NCBI GenBank assembly: GCA_003557645.1
Contig: PWNV01000011.1
Location: forward strand, 13,640-77,639
Reading direction: 5' to 3'
Length of the DNA: 64,000 nucleotides
Source: Candidatus Nealsonbacteria bacterium
GTDB lineage: Bacteria > Patescibacteriota > Minisyncoccia > Minisyncoccales > PWPS01
Made by a program: the position numbers and the translations under genes. Of the stretch, positions 26,082 to 34,863 are shown one piece after another (the stretch's first letter is position 1; the number at the start of each line of letters is the position of its first letter). Under the pieces are notes generated by a model. That model made no database searches. It had not been told where the DNA came from and saw only the letters and a program-made list of their open reading frames with translations.

Positions 26082-26621
26082 ATGTCAAGAATAGGAAAAA
26101 AACCAATTCAAATACCAAATGGCGTGGAAGTGACCATTGAGAAGGGAAGAGTGGTTGCGAAAGGACCAAAAGGTGAACTTGCAACTTCGTTTCCCGCGGA
26201 GATTGAAGTAAAGAAAGAGAACGATCAGATTATGGTATCGGAGAAAAGAAGGACAAAGAAAAGTAAAGCTTTTTGGGGAACTTTTCGATCCTTAATTTTC
26301 AATATTATAGAAGGAGTAAGTTCTGGTTATAAAAAAGAGCTTCAAATAAAAGGGGTTGGATACAGAGCAGAAGTACAGGGAGAAAAATTAATTTTGAAAG
26401 TTGGTTTTTCACACTTGGTTGAAGTTGATGCTCCCGAGGGGATTCAGTTTGAAGTGAAAAGAGATATTATTGTAGTGTCTGGGATAAGGAAAGAGCTTGT
26501 GGGGCGTGTTGCAGCAGAAATTAGAAAGGTACGTCCACCAGACCCCTACAAGGGAAAAGGAATTCGTTATAAGGACGAAGTAATAATTCTAAAAGAAGGT
26601 AAGAAAGGAGCGGGAGCCTAA
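26082..26621 (+). CDS. rplF: 50S ribosomal protein L6
   Basis: 179 aa. MSRIGKKPIQIP. Confidence 0.95.
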   Translation: MSRIGKKPIQIPNGVEVTIEKGRVVAKGPKGELATSFPAEIEVKKENDQIMVSEKRRTKKSKAFWGTFRSLIFNIIEGVSSGYKKELQIKGVGYRAEVQGEKLILKVGFSHLVEVDAPEGIQFEVKRDIIVVSGIRKELVGRVAAEIRKVRPPDPYKGKGIRYKDEVIILKEGKKGAGA

Positions 26622-26625
26622 ATAT

Positions 26626-26967
26626 ATGTTTAAAAAAGAAAAAATTAAAAGAAAACACCGCAGGATTAGAGCAAAAATTTCCGGGGATTCGCAACGCCCG
26701 CGACTTCATGTTTTTCGATCGTTAAAACATATTTATGTGCAACTTATCGATGACACGAAAGGGAAAACTTTACTTGCTGGGAGTGATCATGAAATAAGCG
26801 GCAAGAAGAATAAAACAGAAGTTGCTTTTATGCTAGGAGAAAAGATAGCAGAAAAGGCCAAAGAGAAGAAAATTAAGGAAGTTGTTTTTGATCGTGGTGG
26901 AAATATTTATCATGGAAGAATAAAAGCAGTGGCGGATGGTGCTCGTAAAGGTGGTTTAAAATTTTAG
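26626..26967 (+). CDS. rplR: 50S ribosomal protein L18
   Basis: 113 aa. RPRLHVFRSLKHIYVQLIDD...FDRGGNIYHGRIKA. Confidence 0.94.
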   Translation: MFKKEKIKRKHRRIRAKISGDSQRPRLHVFRSLKHIYVQLIDDTKGKTLLAGSDHEISGKKNKTEVAFMLGEKIAEKAKEKKIKEVVFDRGGNIYHGRIKAVADGARKGGLKF

Positions 26968-26974
26968 AAACATT

Positions 26975-27502
26975 ATGAGAAATAAAGAGATCAAAAAAGA
27001 ATTTGAAAACGAGGTTCTTGATATAAGCAGAGTAGAAAGAATGACTGCGGGAGGAAGGCGTTTGCGTTTCCGTACACTGGTAATTGTCGGAAATAAGAAA
27101 GGAAAGGTGGGGGTTGGTCTCGCGAAAGGGCATGATGTTCAGAAAGCTATTGAAAAAGCAATAAAAAGTGCGGAAAGAAGCATTATAAAAGTTCCCATTA
27201 CAAAGGATGGCACGATACCACATGAAGTGAAAGCAAAGTACGGTGCAGCGGTAGTTCTTTTAAGGCCTCAATCTGAGGGAAGAGGACTTGTAGCTGGAGG
27301 AACAGTAAGGACGATCTGCAGTATGGCAGGAATTGAAAATATTTCTGGTAAGCTTATCGGGAACACAAGGAATAAAACAAACAACGCCAGGGCAGCAGTT
27401 AAGGCTTTGCAAAGTATAAGATATAACGAAAAGAAAGAAGAAGTTACAGAAAAAGAAGTTGTTGTTAATAAGGAAGGCGATAGCAAAGATATTGCTAAAT
27501 AA
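26975..27502 (+). CDS. rpsE: 30S ribosomal protein S5
   Basis: 175 aa. RVERMTAGGRRLRFR...VGNKKGKVGVGLAK. Confidence 0.95.
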   Translation: MRNKEIKKEFENEVLDISRVERMTAGGRRLRFRTLVIVGNKKGKVGVGLAKGHDVQKAIEKAIKSAERSIIKVPITKDGTIPHEVKAKYGAAVVLLRPQSEGRGLVAGGTVRTICSMAGIENISGKLIGNTRNKTNNARAAVKALQSIRYNEKKEEVTEKEVVVNKEGDSKDIAK

Positions 27503-27506
27503 AATT

Positions 27507-27965
27507 ATGCAGATTCACGAAATACAACCAAAAAACAAATCAAAAAACAGAAAGAGAGTTGGGCGTGGTGGGAAAAGAGGAACTTATTCTGGAAGAGGAA
27601 TGAAAGGGCAAAAATCGAGAGCTGGAACCAGGAAAAAAGAACCTGAGATCAGGAGACTTATCAAAAGATATCCTAAGTTAAGAGGTTATAAGTTTTCTCC
27701 TCTGGGAAGCGTATTTGTTGTTAATCTTTCTATTTTAAATAAGTTATTTGATGAGAACAGTGAAGTAAGTCCGAAATCTCTTATAGAAAAAGGACTAATC
27801 TCGAAAAACACTAAAAAGAGCGTTAAAATTCTGGGAGAAGGAAAGATCGAGAAAAGTATCAAGGTTAAAGAGTGTCTTTTTTCGAAAACTGCAAAGGAGA
27901 AGATAGAAAAAGCAGGTGGAAGTGTAGAAGATAAAAAAAAGAAAGATGATCGAAAAAATAGTTAA
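27507..27965 (+). CDS. rplO: 50S ribosomal protein L15
   Basis: MQIHEIQPKNKSKNRKRVGRGGKRGTYSGRG. The ATG at 27507 is 4 nt after the rpsE stop. Track start 27459 rejected. Confidence 0.93.
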   Translation: MQIHEIQPKNKSKNRKRVGRGGKRGTYSGRGMKGQKSRAGTRKKEPEIRRLIKRYPKLRGYKFSPLGSVFVVNLSILNKLFDENSEVSPKSLIEKGLISKNTKKSVKILGEGKIEKSIKVKECLFSKTAKEKIEKAGGSVEDKKKKDDRKNS

Positions 27966-29253
27966 AATTTTCAAAATACCTGACCTTCGAAAAAGACTTT
28001 TGTTTGTTTTCGGGGTTTTTGCTATTTTTCGTGTTATGGCAAACATTCCTATGCCGGGAGTTGACGCGGAAAAAATGACAGAGTTTTTTGAAGGATTTGA
28101 AGTTTTTCAGCTTGCGAATCTCTTTACTGGAGGATCACTTGATCAATTTTCTATTGTTATGCTTGGTCTTGGACCCTATATCACGGCTGTAATTATTATT
28201 CAGCTTCTTACACTTGTTTGGCCAAAGCTAGAAAAATTACAAAAGGAAGAAGGTGATGCTGGAAGACAGAAGATAAATCAGTACGGAAGAATGCTTACGG
28301 TTCCTTTTGCTTTTATGCAGACCTACGGAATGCTCACCTTGTTTCAAAGCCAGGCTGTCATACCTCCTCTTAGCTTGATGGAAACGATTACCTCTATGAT
28401 GGTCGTTGCTGCTGGAACAGTTTTCTTGATGTGGCTTGGTGAGCTTGTTACAGAAAAAGGAATTGGCAATGGAGTTTCGCTCCTTATTTTTGCTGGTATT
28501 ATTGCCACGGTCCCAATTAGTGTGGCAAGAATGATAATGGATGTGGGTCTTAGCCCAGAAAATTTACAAGCCTACCTTCTTTTCTTTATTCTTAGTCTTT
28601 TTATCATTGCGGCTGTAGTGCATGTAAACGAAGCAAGGAGAAATATCCCAGTTTCTTATGCGCGACAAGTAAAAGGAAGAAAGGTTTATGGAGGAGCGTC
28701 TACTTACCTTCCTCTTAACCTTAATCCAGCCGGTGTTATTCCAATAATTTTTGCAATGTCAATTGTTATTATTCCGTCTATGATAGCTGGATTTTTTGTA
28801 GATGCTGGGGGAAGAATTGGGAGCTTAGCAATAACGGTATCTTCCTTTTTTGAGTCTGCTGTTGTGCAAGGATCACTGATTTTTGTAATGGTTTGCCTTT
28901 TTACTTATTTTTATACTGCAGTTACGTTTGACCCTAAAAATGTGTCTCAGAACTTACAAAAGATGGGAGGATTTGTACCTGGAATAAGACCAGGAAAGCC
29001 CACTGCAAATTATATATACTATATCCTAAACAGAGTTCTTTTGTTGGGAGCGCTCTTTTTGGCAACCGTTGCCGTTCTTCCTCTTGTTGTGGGAGGAGGA
29101 GTAGAGACTTTACTCGGTATTAGGGATACGGGAATAGAAACCTTTAGCTTTTTAATTGGTGGTGCATCACTCCTTATTATCGTAAGCGTGGTACTAGAAA
29201 CTATGAGGCAGATTAACGCTCAGCTTCAGATGAGAGAGTACGAAACCATTTAA
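27946..29253 (+). CDS. secY: preprotein translocase subunit SecY
   Basis: 435 aa, polytopic, SecY-like sequence and canonical position after rplO. Confidence 0.96.
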   Translation: MIEKIVKIFKIPDLRKRLLFVFGVFAIFRVMANIPMPGVDAEKMTEFFEGFEVFQLANLFTGGSLDQFSIVMLGLGPYITAVIIIQLLTLVWPKLEKLQKEEGDAGRQKINQYGRMLTVPFAFMQTYGMLTLFQSQAVIPPLSLMETITSMMVVAAGTVFLMWLGELVTEKGIGNGVSLLIFAGIIATVPISVARMIMDVGLSPENLQAYLLFFILSLFIIAAVVHVNEARRNIPVSYARQVKGRKVYGGASTYLPLNLNPAGVIPIIFAMSIVIIPSMIAGFFVDAGGRIGSLAITVSSFFESAVVQGSLIFVMVCLFTYFYTAVTFDPKNVSQNLQKMGGFVPGIRPGKPTANYIYYILNRVLLLGALFLATVAVLPLVVGGGVETLLGIRDTGIETFSFLIGGASLLIIVSVVLETMRQINAQLQMREYETI

Positions 29254-29261
29254 ATTTTTAT

Positions 29262-29966
29262 ATGAAAAACAATAAGCTTGTTATTTTTTTCGGACCTCCA
29301 GGATCCGGGAAAGGAACTCAGGCATCTTTACTCGCCGACAAAAAGAAATTATTTCATCTGGAGGCAAGCAAAGCCCTAGAAAGAAGGTTCTCTAAAAGCA
29401 AGAGTGGAGAAGAGGTAGAAATAGGAGGAGAGAATTATAATCTTAATGAACAAAAAAAGAGATGGAAGGAAGGACTCTTGTGTGAGGATGGTTTTGTTGC
29501 GTTTGTTATAAAAGAGAAGATAAAAAGCATACAGAAAACAGAAGAAGATGTTTTGCTTGATGGTTATCCGAGAACAGTTAAGCAGCTTGATCCGATTATG
29601 GATTTTATTTTTTCTATTTATAATGTTGATGATATTTTAGTTATAGCTCTTAAGGTTGAAGAAGAAGAATCAATAAAAAGAAATCAGAAACGAAGAGTTT
29701 GCTCCTTGATGAGACATCCGATTATCAATGTTCCAGAAACAGAGAATCTCACGATCTGTCCTATTGATGGTTCGCTGTTGCAGAAAAGAGAGCTAGATCA
29801 AGAAGAAGTTATCAGGGTTAGACTTCAGGAGTTTAAGATCCGCACCTTGCCTGTTCTTGATTATCTTTCAGATAAAGGGGTTTCTATTTCTTATGTTGAT
29901 GGAAAAGGAACAGTTGCCGATGTATTTTCCAGAGTTTTAAAAAACGCTGAAGATTTTGGCTTATGA
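29262..29966 (+). CDS. adenylate-kinase-family protein, long divergent form
   Basis: 234 aa. P-loop GPPGSGKGTQ and DGYPRT. The NMP-binding region carries an insertion and lacks the usual TGD-LR motif. The lid keeps only part of the Cys pattern. Confidence 0.75.
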   Translation: MKNNKLVIFFGPPGSGKGTQASLLADKKKLFHLEASKALERRFSKSKSGEEVEIGGENYNLNEQKKRWKEGLLCEDGFVAFVIKEKIKSIQKTEEDVLLDGYPRTVKQLDPIMDFIFSIYNVDDILVIALKVEEEESIKRNQKRRVCSLMRHPIINVPETENLTICPIDGSLLQKRELDQEEVIRVRLQEFKIRTLPVLDYLSDKGVSISYVDGKGTVADVFSRVLKNAEDFGL

Positions 29967-30535
29967 AAATCTTACCTATAATTGGTTGTCCTGGAGCTGG
30001 TAAAGGAACTCAAGTAGATCTTCTTTCCGAGAAGATCGAGTTTGATGTTATAAGAACTGGAGAACTGCTTCGTGAAAAAGCGAAGAAGAACGATTTTATC
30101 GGTAAGAAAATTCAGCAGACACTAAATCAGGGAGGACTTATTCCAACTCCGATTGTTTTTTCTCTTTGGATGCCAAAGCTAGAAGAACTCTCAAAAAGTA
30201 ACGCAAAAGGAGTTATTTTTGATGGAAACCCAAGAAAGCTATATGAAGCTTATATGCTAGAAGAGGTTTTTGAAATGTTTTCTTGGCATGACTTTCGAGC
30301 TTGCTACATTAATATAAGCAAAGAAGAAGCTCTTTCTCGCCTTGAAAAGAGAAAAAGGCATGATGACTCCGATGCCAGAGAACGCCTTTCTTGGTTTGAA
30401 ACAGAAGTGATACCTGTAATTGATTATTATAGAGAGAAGGGAGCTCTTATAGAGATAAACGGAGAGCAGTCTATTGAAATGGTTCAACGAGAGTTGTACG
30501 AGAAATTAAATGACTTTCTCTATGGCGCTAATTAA
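29963..30535 (+). CDS. adk: adenylate kinase, short-lid form
   Basis: 190 aa. GCPGAGKGTQ, RTGELLRE, short lid RKRHDDSDA. ATGA overlap with the upstream paralog. Confidence 0.85.
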   Translation: MKILPIIGCPGAGKGTQVDLLSEKIEFDVIRTGELLREKAKKNDFIGKKIQQTLNQGGLIPTPIVFSLWMPKLEELSKSNAKGVIFDGNPRKLYEAYMLEEVFEMFSWHDFRACYINISKEEALSRLEKRKRHDDSDARERLSWFETEVIPVIDYYREKGALIEINGEQSIEMVQRELYEKLNDFLYGAN

Positions 30536-31268
30536 ATCAGAAAAAGAGATAGAGACGATGAGAGAAGGTGGAAGAATACTTGCCACCATCATGGAAGGTC
30601 TAAAAAAAAAGATTGCTCCTGGAATTACAACTCTATCCCTAGATGATTTTGCCGAAAAGGAAATTATAAGCAGAGGAGGGAAACCCTCTTTTAAAAATTA
30701 TCAAGGTTTTCCAAACACTCTTTGTACGAGTATTAATCAGGTAATTGTTCACGGAGCTCCCTCAAGCTATATTTTAAGAGAGGGGGATATTATAACTCTT
30801 GATTGCGGTGTTTTATATAAAGGATTCCACACGGATATGGCAGTTACTGTCCCTGTCGGAAGAGTTGATGAAGAGACGCTTCGCCTTATAAGAGAAACGA
30901 AGAAAGCGCTTAAAAGAGGAATTAAAAAAACAAGGGAGGGTAATACTATCGGTGATATCGGAAACACGATCTCTCGGCATATCAATAACGCTGGTTTTTC
31001 GGTTGTGCGCGGCCTTTGTGGACATGGAATCGGGAAAGCGGTTCACGAAGAGCCACAGGTGTTAAACGAAGGAAAGAGGCGGAAAGGGCTTAAGCTTCAA
31101 AGGGGAATGGTTATCTGTATTGAGCCGATGGCTTCTATGGGAAGTCAGGAAATTAAAGACAGTGACGATGGGTTTGGAATTGAAACAGTTGATGGTTCTC
31201 TTTCTGCTCAGTTTGAGCACACTGTGGCAATAACTAGAGAAGGGTGCGTTGTGCTTACGGAGATTTGA
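30522..31268 (+). CDS. map: type I methionine aminopeptidase
   Basis: MALIKSEKEIETMREGG...CGHGIGKAVHEEP. Start at 30522 or 30510. Confidence 0.93.
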   Translation: MALIKSEKEIETMREGGRILATIMEGLKKKIAPGITTLSLDDFAEKEIISRGGKPSFKNYQGFPNTLCTSINQVIVHGAPSSYILREGDIITLDCGVLYKGFHTDMAVTVPVGRVDEETLRLIRETKKALKRGIKKTREGNTIGDIGNTISRHINNAGFSVVRGLCGHGIGKAVHEEPQVLNEGKRRKGLKLQRGMVICIEPMASMGSQEIKDSDDGFGIETVDGSLSAQFEHTVAITREGCVVLTEI

Positions 31269-31293
31269 ATCATTTAATTATTTTTTGTATAAT
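31265..31293 (+). promoter_or_regulatory. internal promoter upstream of galT
   Basis: TTGAAT (31265-31270), 17-nt spacer, TATAAT (31288-31293). Only 9 nt (CATAATATT) before the ATG at 31303. Confidence 0.5.
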
Positions 31294-31302
31294 CATAATA
31301 TT

Positions 31303-32322
31303 ATGAGCAAAGAAAAAGAATTTCCTTCGGAATTGCGATACGATCTCTCCTCTGGAGACTGGGTGGTAATTGCCTCCGGGAGAGGAAAGCGTCCGGAGAT
31401 GTTTAAGAAAGAAAAAAGATTAAAGGAAGAGTCTTCTGAAAGGAAGTGTCCTTTTTGTGATTTTTCCAATCTTAAGGATGCACGCTCTTGCTTTGAAAAT
31501 GGTAGACAAGTAGATAAGTTTACAAAAAACTGGAGCGCTATCTCTATACCTAACAAATATCCTGCGTTTCTTCCCTCTGATGATTTAGTAAAAAAAGAAG
31601 AGAATGGACTTTATCAAACAATGAATGCAGTAGGATATCACGAGGTGGTCGTTACGCGTGATCACAATAAATCAATGGGACAAATGAGTGTCGAAGAAGT
31701 GCGCGAAGTGTGTGCCCTTTACAAGCAGAGATATACTGAACTCAAAGATAAAAAACACGTAAATTATATCTCTATCTTTCACAATCACGGAGTAGAGGCT
31801 GGAGCTTCTGTTGCTCATCCACACTCACAGATTGTCACGACACCCCTTATAGATATTGACCTTAATAAAGCACTTTCTAAGGGAAGAGATTACTATGGAA
31901 GTCAAAAGGAGTGTATTTATTGTCGGATGAACGAGTGGGAGATGGAGAAAGGAGAAAGGATTGTATATGAAAATGAGCTCTTTTTGGTGATCTGCCCTTT
32001 TGCTTCAAAGGCTGCGTTTCAGACAATCATTTCTCCAAAAAAGCACCTTGCCTATTTTGAAGAAATAACAGAGAAAGAGCTGGATTTTCTTGCTGATGCT
32101 TTCCAAAAAGCACTTTCTAAGCTTTATACGGGCCTTGAAGACCCGCCTTATAACTTTTATCTTCACTGTGCGCCTTCTGACGGCATGGACCATAGTTATT
32201 ATCATTGGCACTGGACAATACTGCCTAAAACCTCTATTTGGGCGGGATTTGAGCTTGGGGCGAGAATGGAGATCTCTACCATTAAACCGGAAAAAGCGGC
32301 GGAATATTTAAGAAAACAATGA
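31303..32322 (+). CDS. galT: galactose-1-phosphate uridylyltransferase-family (HIT superfamily) enzyme
   Basis: 339 aa from MSKEKEF. Zn motif CPFCDF and active site VAHPHSQI. Track start 31249 rejected. Confidence 0.8.
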   Translation: MSKEKEFPSELRYDLSSGDWVVIASGRGKRPEMFKKEKRLKEESSERKCPFCDFSNLKDARSCFENGRQVDKFTKNWSAISIPNKYPAFLPSDDLVKKEENGLYQTMNAVGYHEVVVTRDHNKSMGQMSVEEVREVCALYKQRYTELKDKKHVNYISIFHNHGVEAGASVAHPHSQIVTTPLIDIDLNKALSKGRDYYGSQKECIYCRMNEWEMEKGERIVYENELFLVICPFASKAAFQTIISPKKHLAYFEEITEKELDFLADAFQKALSKLYTGLEDPPYNFYLHCAPSDGMDHSYYHWHWTILPKTSIWAGFELGARMEISTIKPEKAAEYLRKQ

Positions 32323-33023
32323 CTACCTTTATTGTAGCAAACTGGAAGATGAACCCTTCCACAAAAGAAGAGGCGGTAAGTCTTTTGTTGGCAATGGAAA
32401 AGCTAGGGAAGGAAAATAAAAAGGTGATAATTTGCCCTCCTTTTCCCTTTATGAGTCTATCGAAAAATGTAATATTAGGAGCACAGAATTGCTTTTTTGA
32501 AAAAGAAGGACCTTTTACGGGAGAAGTTTCCCCTTATATGCTAAAAAGCTTGGGTTGTAACTATGTTATTGTTGGTCATTCAGAGAGAAGAAATTTTTTT
32601 CAAGAAGATTCATCTTTGATTAGAAAAAAAATAGAAGTATTAAACGATGCCAAAATGACAACTATTTTATGTGTAGGAGAAAAATCAAGAGAAGATAGTG
32701 ATGTGGTAGAAACAATAACAAGGCAGATTGAAAGTGTTTTAGATGGCGTGAGTCTTCAAAATATAATAATAGCTTATGAGCCGGTTTTTGCTATTGGGAC
32801 GGGTGATTCTTGCTCGGCTGAAATTGCCAAAGAAAGAAGAGAGCTAATCAAAGAAGTTCTTTTTGAAATTGATAAAAACGAAAATCCAGCAATACTGTAT
32901 GGAGGAAGTGTAGACTCAAATAACGTTAGCGAATATATTGATAAAGCGGGCTTTGATGGCGTTCTTGTTGGAGGTGCTTCTCTTAATAAAGATGAGTTTA
33001 AAAAAATAGTAGATAGCGTATAA
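32319..33023 (+). CDS. tpiA: triosephosphate isomerase
   Basis: 234 aa. ANWKMN, VIVGHSERR, AYEPVFAIGTG. Confidence 0.93.
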   Translation: MTTFIVANWKMNPSTKEEAVSLLLAMEKLGKENKKVIICPPFPFMSLSKNVILGAQNCFFEKEGPFTGEVSPYMLKSLGCNYVIVGHSERRNFFQEDSSLIRKKIEVLNDAKMTTILCVGEKSREDSDVVETITRQIESVLDGVSLQNIIIAYEPVFAIGTGDSCSAEIAKERRELIKEVLFEIDKNENPAILYGGSVDSNNVSEYIDKAGFDGVLVGGASLNKDEFKKIVDSV

Positions 33024-33034
33024 AATTTAGAACA

Positions 33035-34816
33035 ATGAAATCAAAAGAAGTTAGAGAAAAGTTTATTCAATTTTTTAAGAAAAAAGAACATAAGATCGTT
33101 TCTTCTAGCTCCCTTATCCCAGAAGATGATACGGTTCTCCTTACTACGGCAGGAATGCAGCAGTTTGTTCCTTATCTTACAGGAGAAAAAAGTGTGCTTA
33201 GTGAATTCAAAACAAGACACCTTGCTTCTGTTCAGAAATGTTTTCGTACTCTAGACATTGAAGAGATTGGTGATGACACCCATTACACTTTTTTTGAAAT
33301 GCTAGGGAACTGGTCTATTGGTGAAGATGAAGAGAAAGGATATTTTAAGAAAGGAGCAATAGAGCTTGCTATCGATTTTTTTGTTAATGAAATGGGCCTC
33401 TCTAAAGAACGTATTTATGTTACTGTGTTTAAGGGAGAAAAGGGGATTCCTCGAGATGATGAGGCAATCTCTATTTGGACAGACAAAGGATTTCCTAAAG
33501 AAAGAATCGCGGAGTTTGGTACAGAAGATAATTTCTGGGGACCGACGTCAGAAACCGGGCCGTGCGGGCCCTGTTCGGAGATACACTACGATCGAGGACA
33601 AGAATACGGATGCTTAGAGGATTGTGGTCCAAACTGTGAGAATTGTAATCGTTTTGTGGAACTTTGGAATCTGGTTTTTATGGAGTACAACATGGAAAAA
33701 GATGGTTCATATACCAAGTTACCACAAAAAAACATTGATACGGGAATAGGTTTTGAGAGGCTTGTTTCTCTTTTGCAAGGAAAAGATTCTGCTTATGAAA
33801 CTGATCTGTTTAGCTCGGCAATAAAAAAAATTGAGGAACTTTCTGGAAAAAGATATGAGGAAAATAAAAAAGAGTTTCGTGTTATTGCAGATCACGCACG
33901 CGGTAGCATTTTTCTTATTGCAGATAGTGTTCTTCCTTCGAATAAAGGAGCGGGATATGTGTTGAGACGTATCATAAGAAGAATGATACGCTATAAAAAA
34001 GAAATGGGGATAGAATCTTTAAATGAGATAGTAGATATATTTATAAAAGAATATTCAGAATTTTATCACGAGCTAGAGAATAAAAATATCTTGAAAGTAA
34101 TTCAAGAAGAGGAAGAGAAGTTCGAAAAAACACTGGAGGACGGACTAAAAGAGCTGAAAAGAATTCAAGAAAAAGGAGCTATGAAAAATGACAAGATCGA
34201 TGCAGGAGATGCATTTTATGTTTATCAAACATTTGGTTTTCCACTAGAAATGATTCAAGAAGAGCTGGAAAAGAGCGGTTTATCGGTAGATGAAGAAAAA
34301 TTCAAAGAGGCGTTTTACAAACATCAAGAAATTTCAAGAAAAGGAGCGGAAGAAAAGTTTGGTGGTCTCTCCAAGGATGTGGGAGAAGATGAAGCAAAAC
34401 TTCATACAGCTACTCACCTTTTACATCAAGCTTTAAGGGAGGTGCTGGGAGATCATGTTATTCAAAGGGGATCGGACATAAACCGTGAAAGGTTGCGATT
34501 TGATTTTTCTCATTCTCAGAGTCTTTCCAAGGAAGAGATCATGGAAATAGAAAGGATAGTTAACGAGAAGATTAAAGAAGATTTAGAGGTTAAGGAGGAA
34601 AAGATGAGTCTTGAAAAGGCGAGGGAGAAAGGAGTGATTGCTCTTTTTCAAGATGATAAGATGGGGGATATAAGTGTTTATTATATCGGTAATTTCTCTG
34701 CAGAAGCGTGTGGAGGGCCGCATATTAAGAAAACATCTGAACTTGGCAAGTTTACAATTAAGAAAGAAGAGTCTTCCGGGGCAGGAGTAAGGCGTATTAA
34801 GGCTGTTTTGAATTAA
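33035..34816 (+). CDS. alaS: alanine--tRNA ligase (short form)
   Basis: 593 aa. FEMLGNWS and the SAD/editing-type motif HTATHLLHQALR. Ends soon after the editing-like region, with no C-terminal C-Ala domain. Confidence 0.9.
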   Translation: MKSKEVREKFIQFFKKKEHKIVSSSSLIPEDDTVLLTTAGMQQFVPYLTGEKSVLSEFKTRHLASVQKCFRTLDIEEIGDDTHYTFFEMLGNWSIGEDEEKGYFKKGAIELAIDFFVNEMGLSKERIYVTVFKGEKGIPRDDEAISIWTDKGFPKERIAEFGTEDNFWGPTSETGPCGPCSEIHYDRGQEYGCLEDCGPNCENCNRFVELWNLVFMEYNMEKDGSYTKLPQKNIDTGIGFERLVSLLQGKDSAYETDLFSSAIKKIEELSGKRYEENKKEFRVIADHARGSIFLIADSVLPSNKGAGYVLRRIIRRMIRYKKEMGIESLNEIVDIFIKEYSEFYHELENKNILKVIQEEEEKFEKTLEDGLKELKRIQEKGAMKNDKIDAGDAFYVYQTFGFPLEMIQEELEKSGLSVDEEKFKEAFYKHQEISRKGAEEKFGGLSKDVGEDEAKLHTATHLLHQALREVLGDHVIQRGSDINRERLRFDFSHSQSLSKEEIMEIERIVNEKIKEDLEVKEEKMSLEKAREKGVIALFQDDKMGDISVYYIGNFSAEACGGPHIKKTSELGKFTIKKEESSGAGVRRIKAVLN

Positions 34817-34863
34817 TGCTTGGGACTTGATATTTTTTAATAATAAGGATAAATTATATAATT

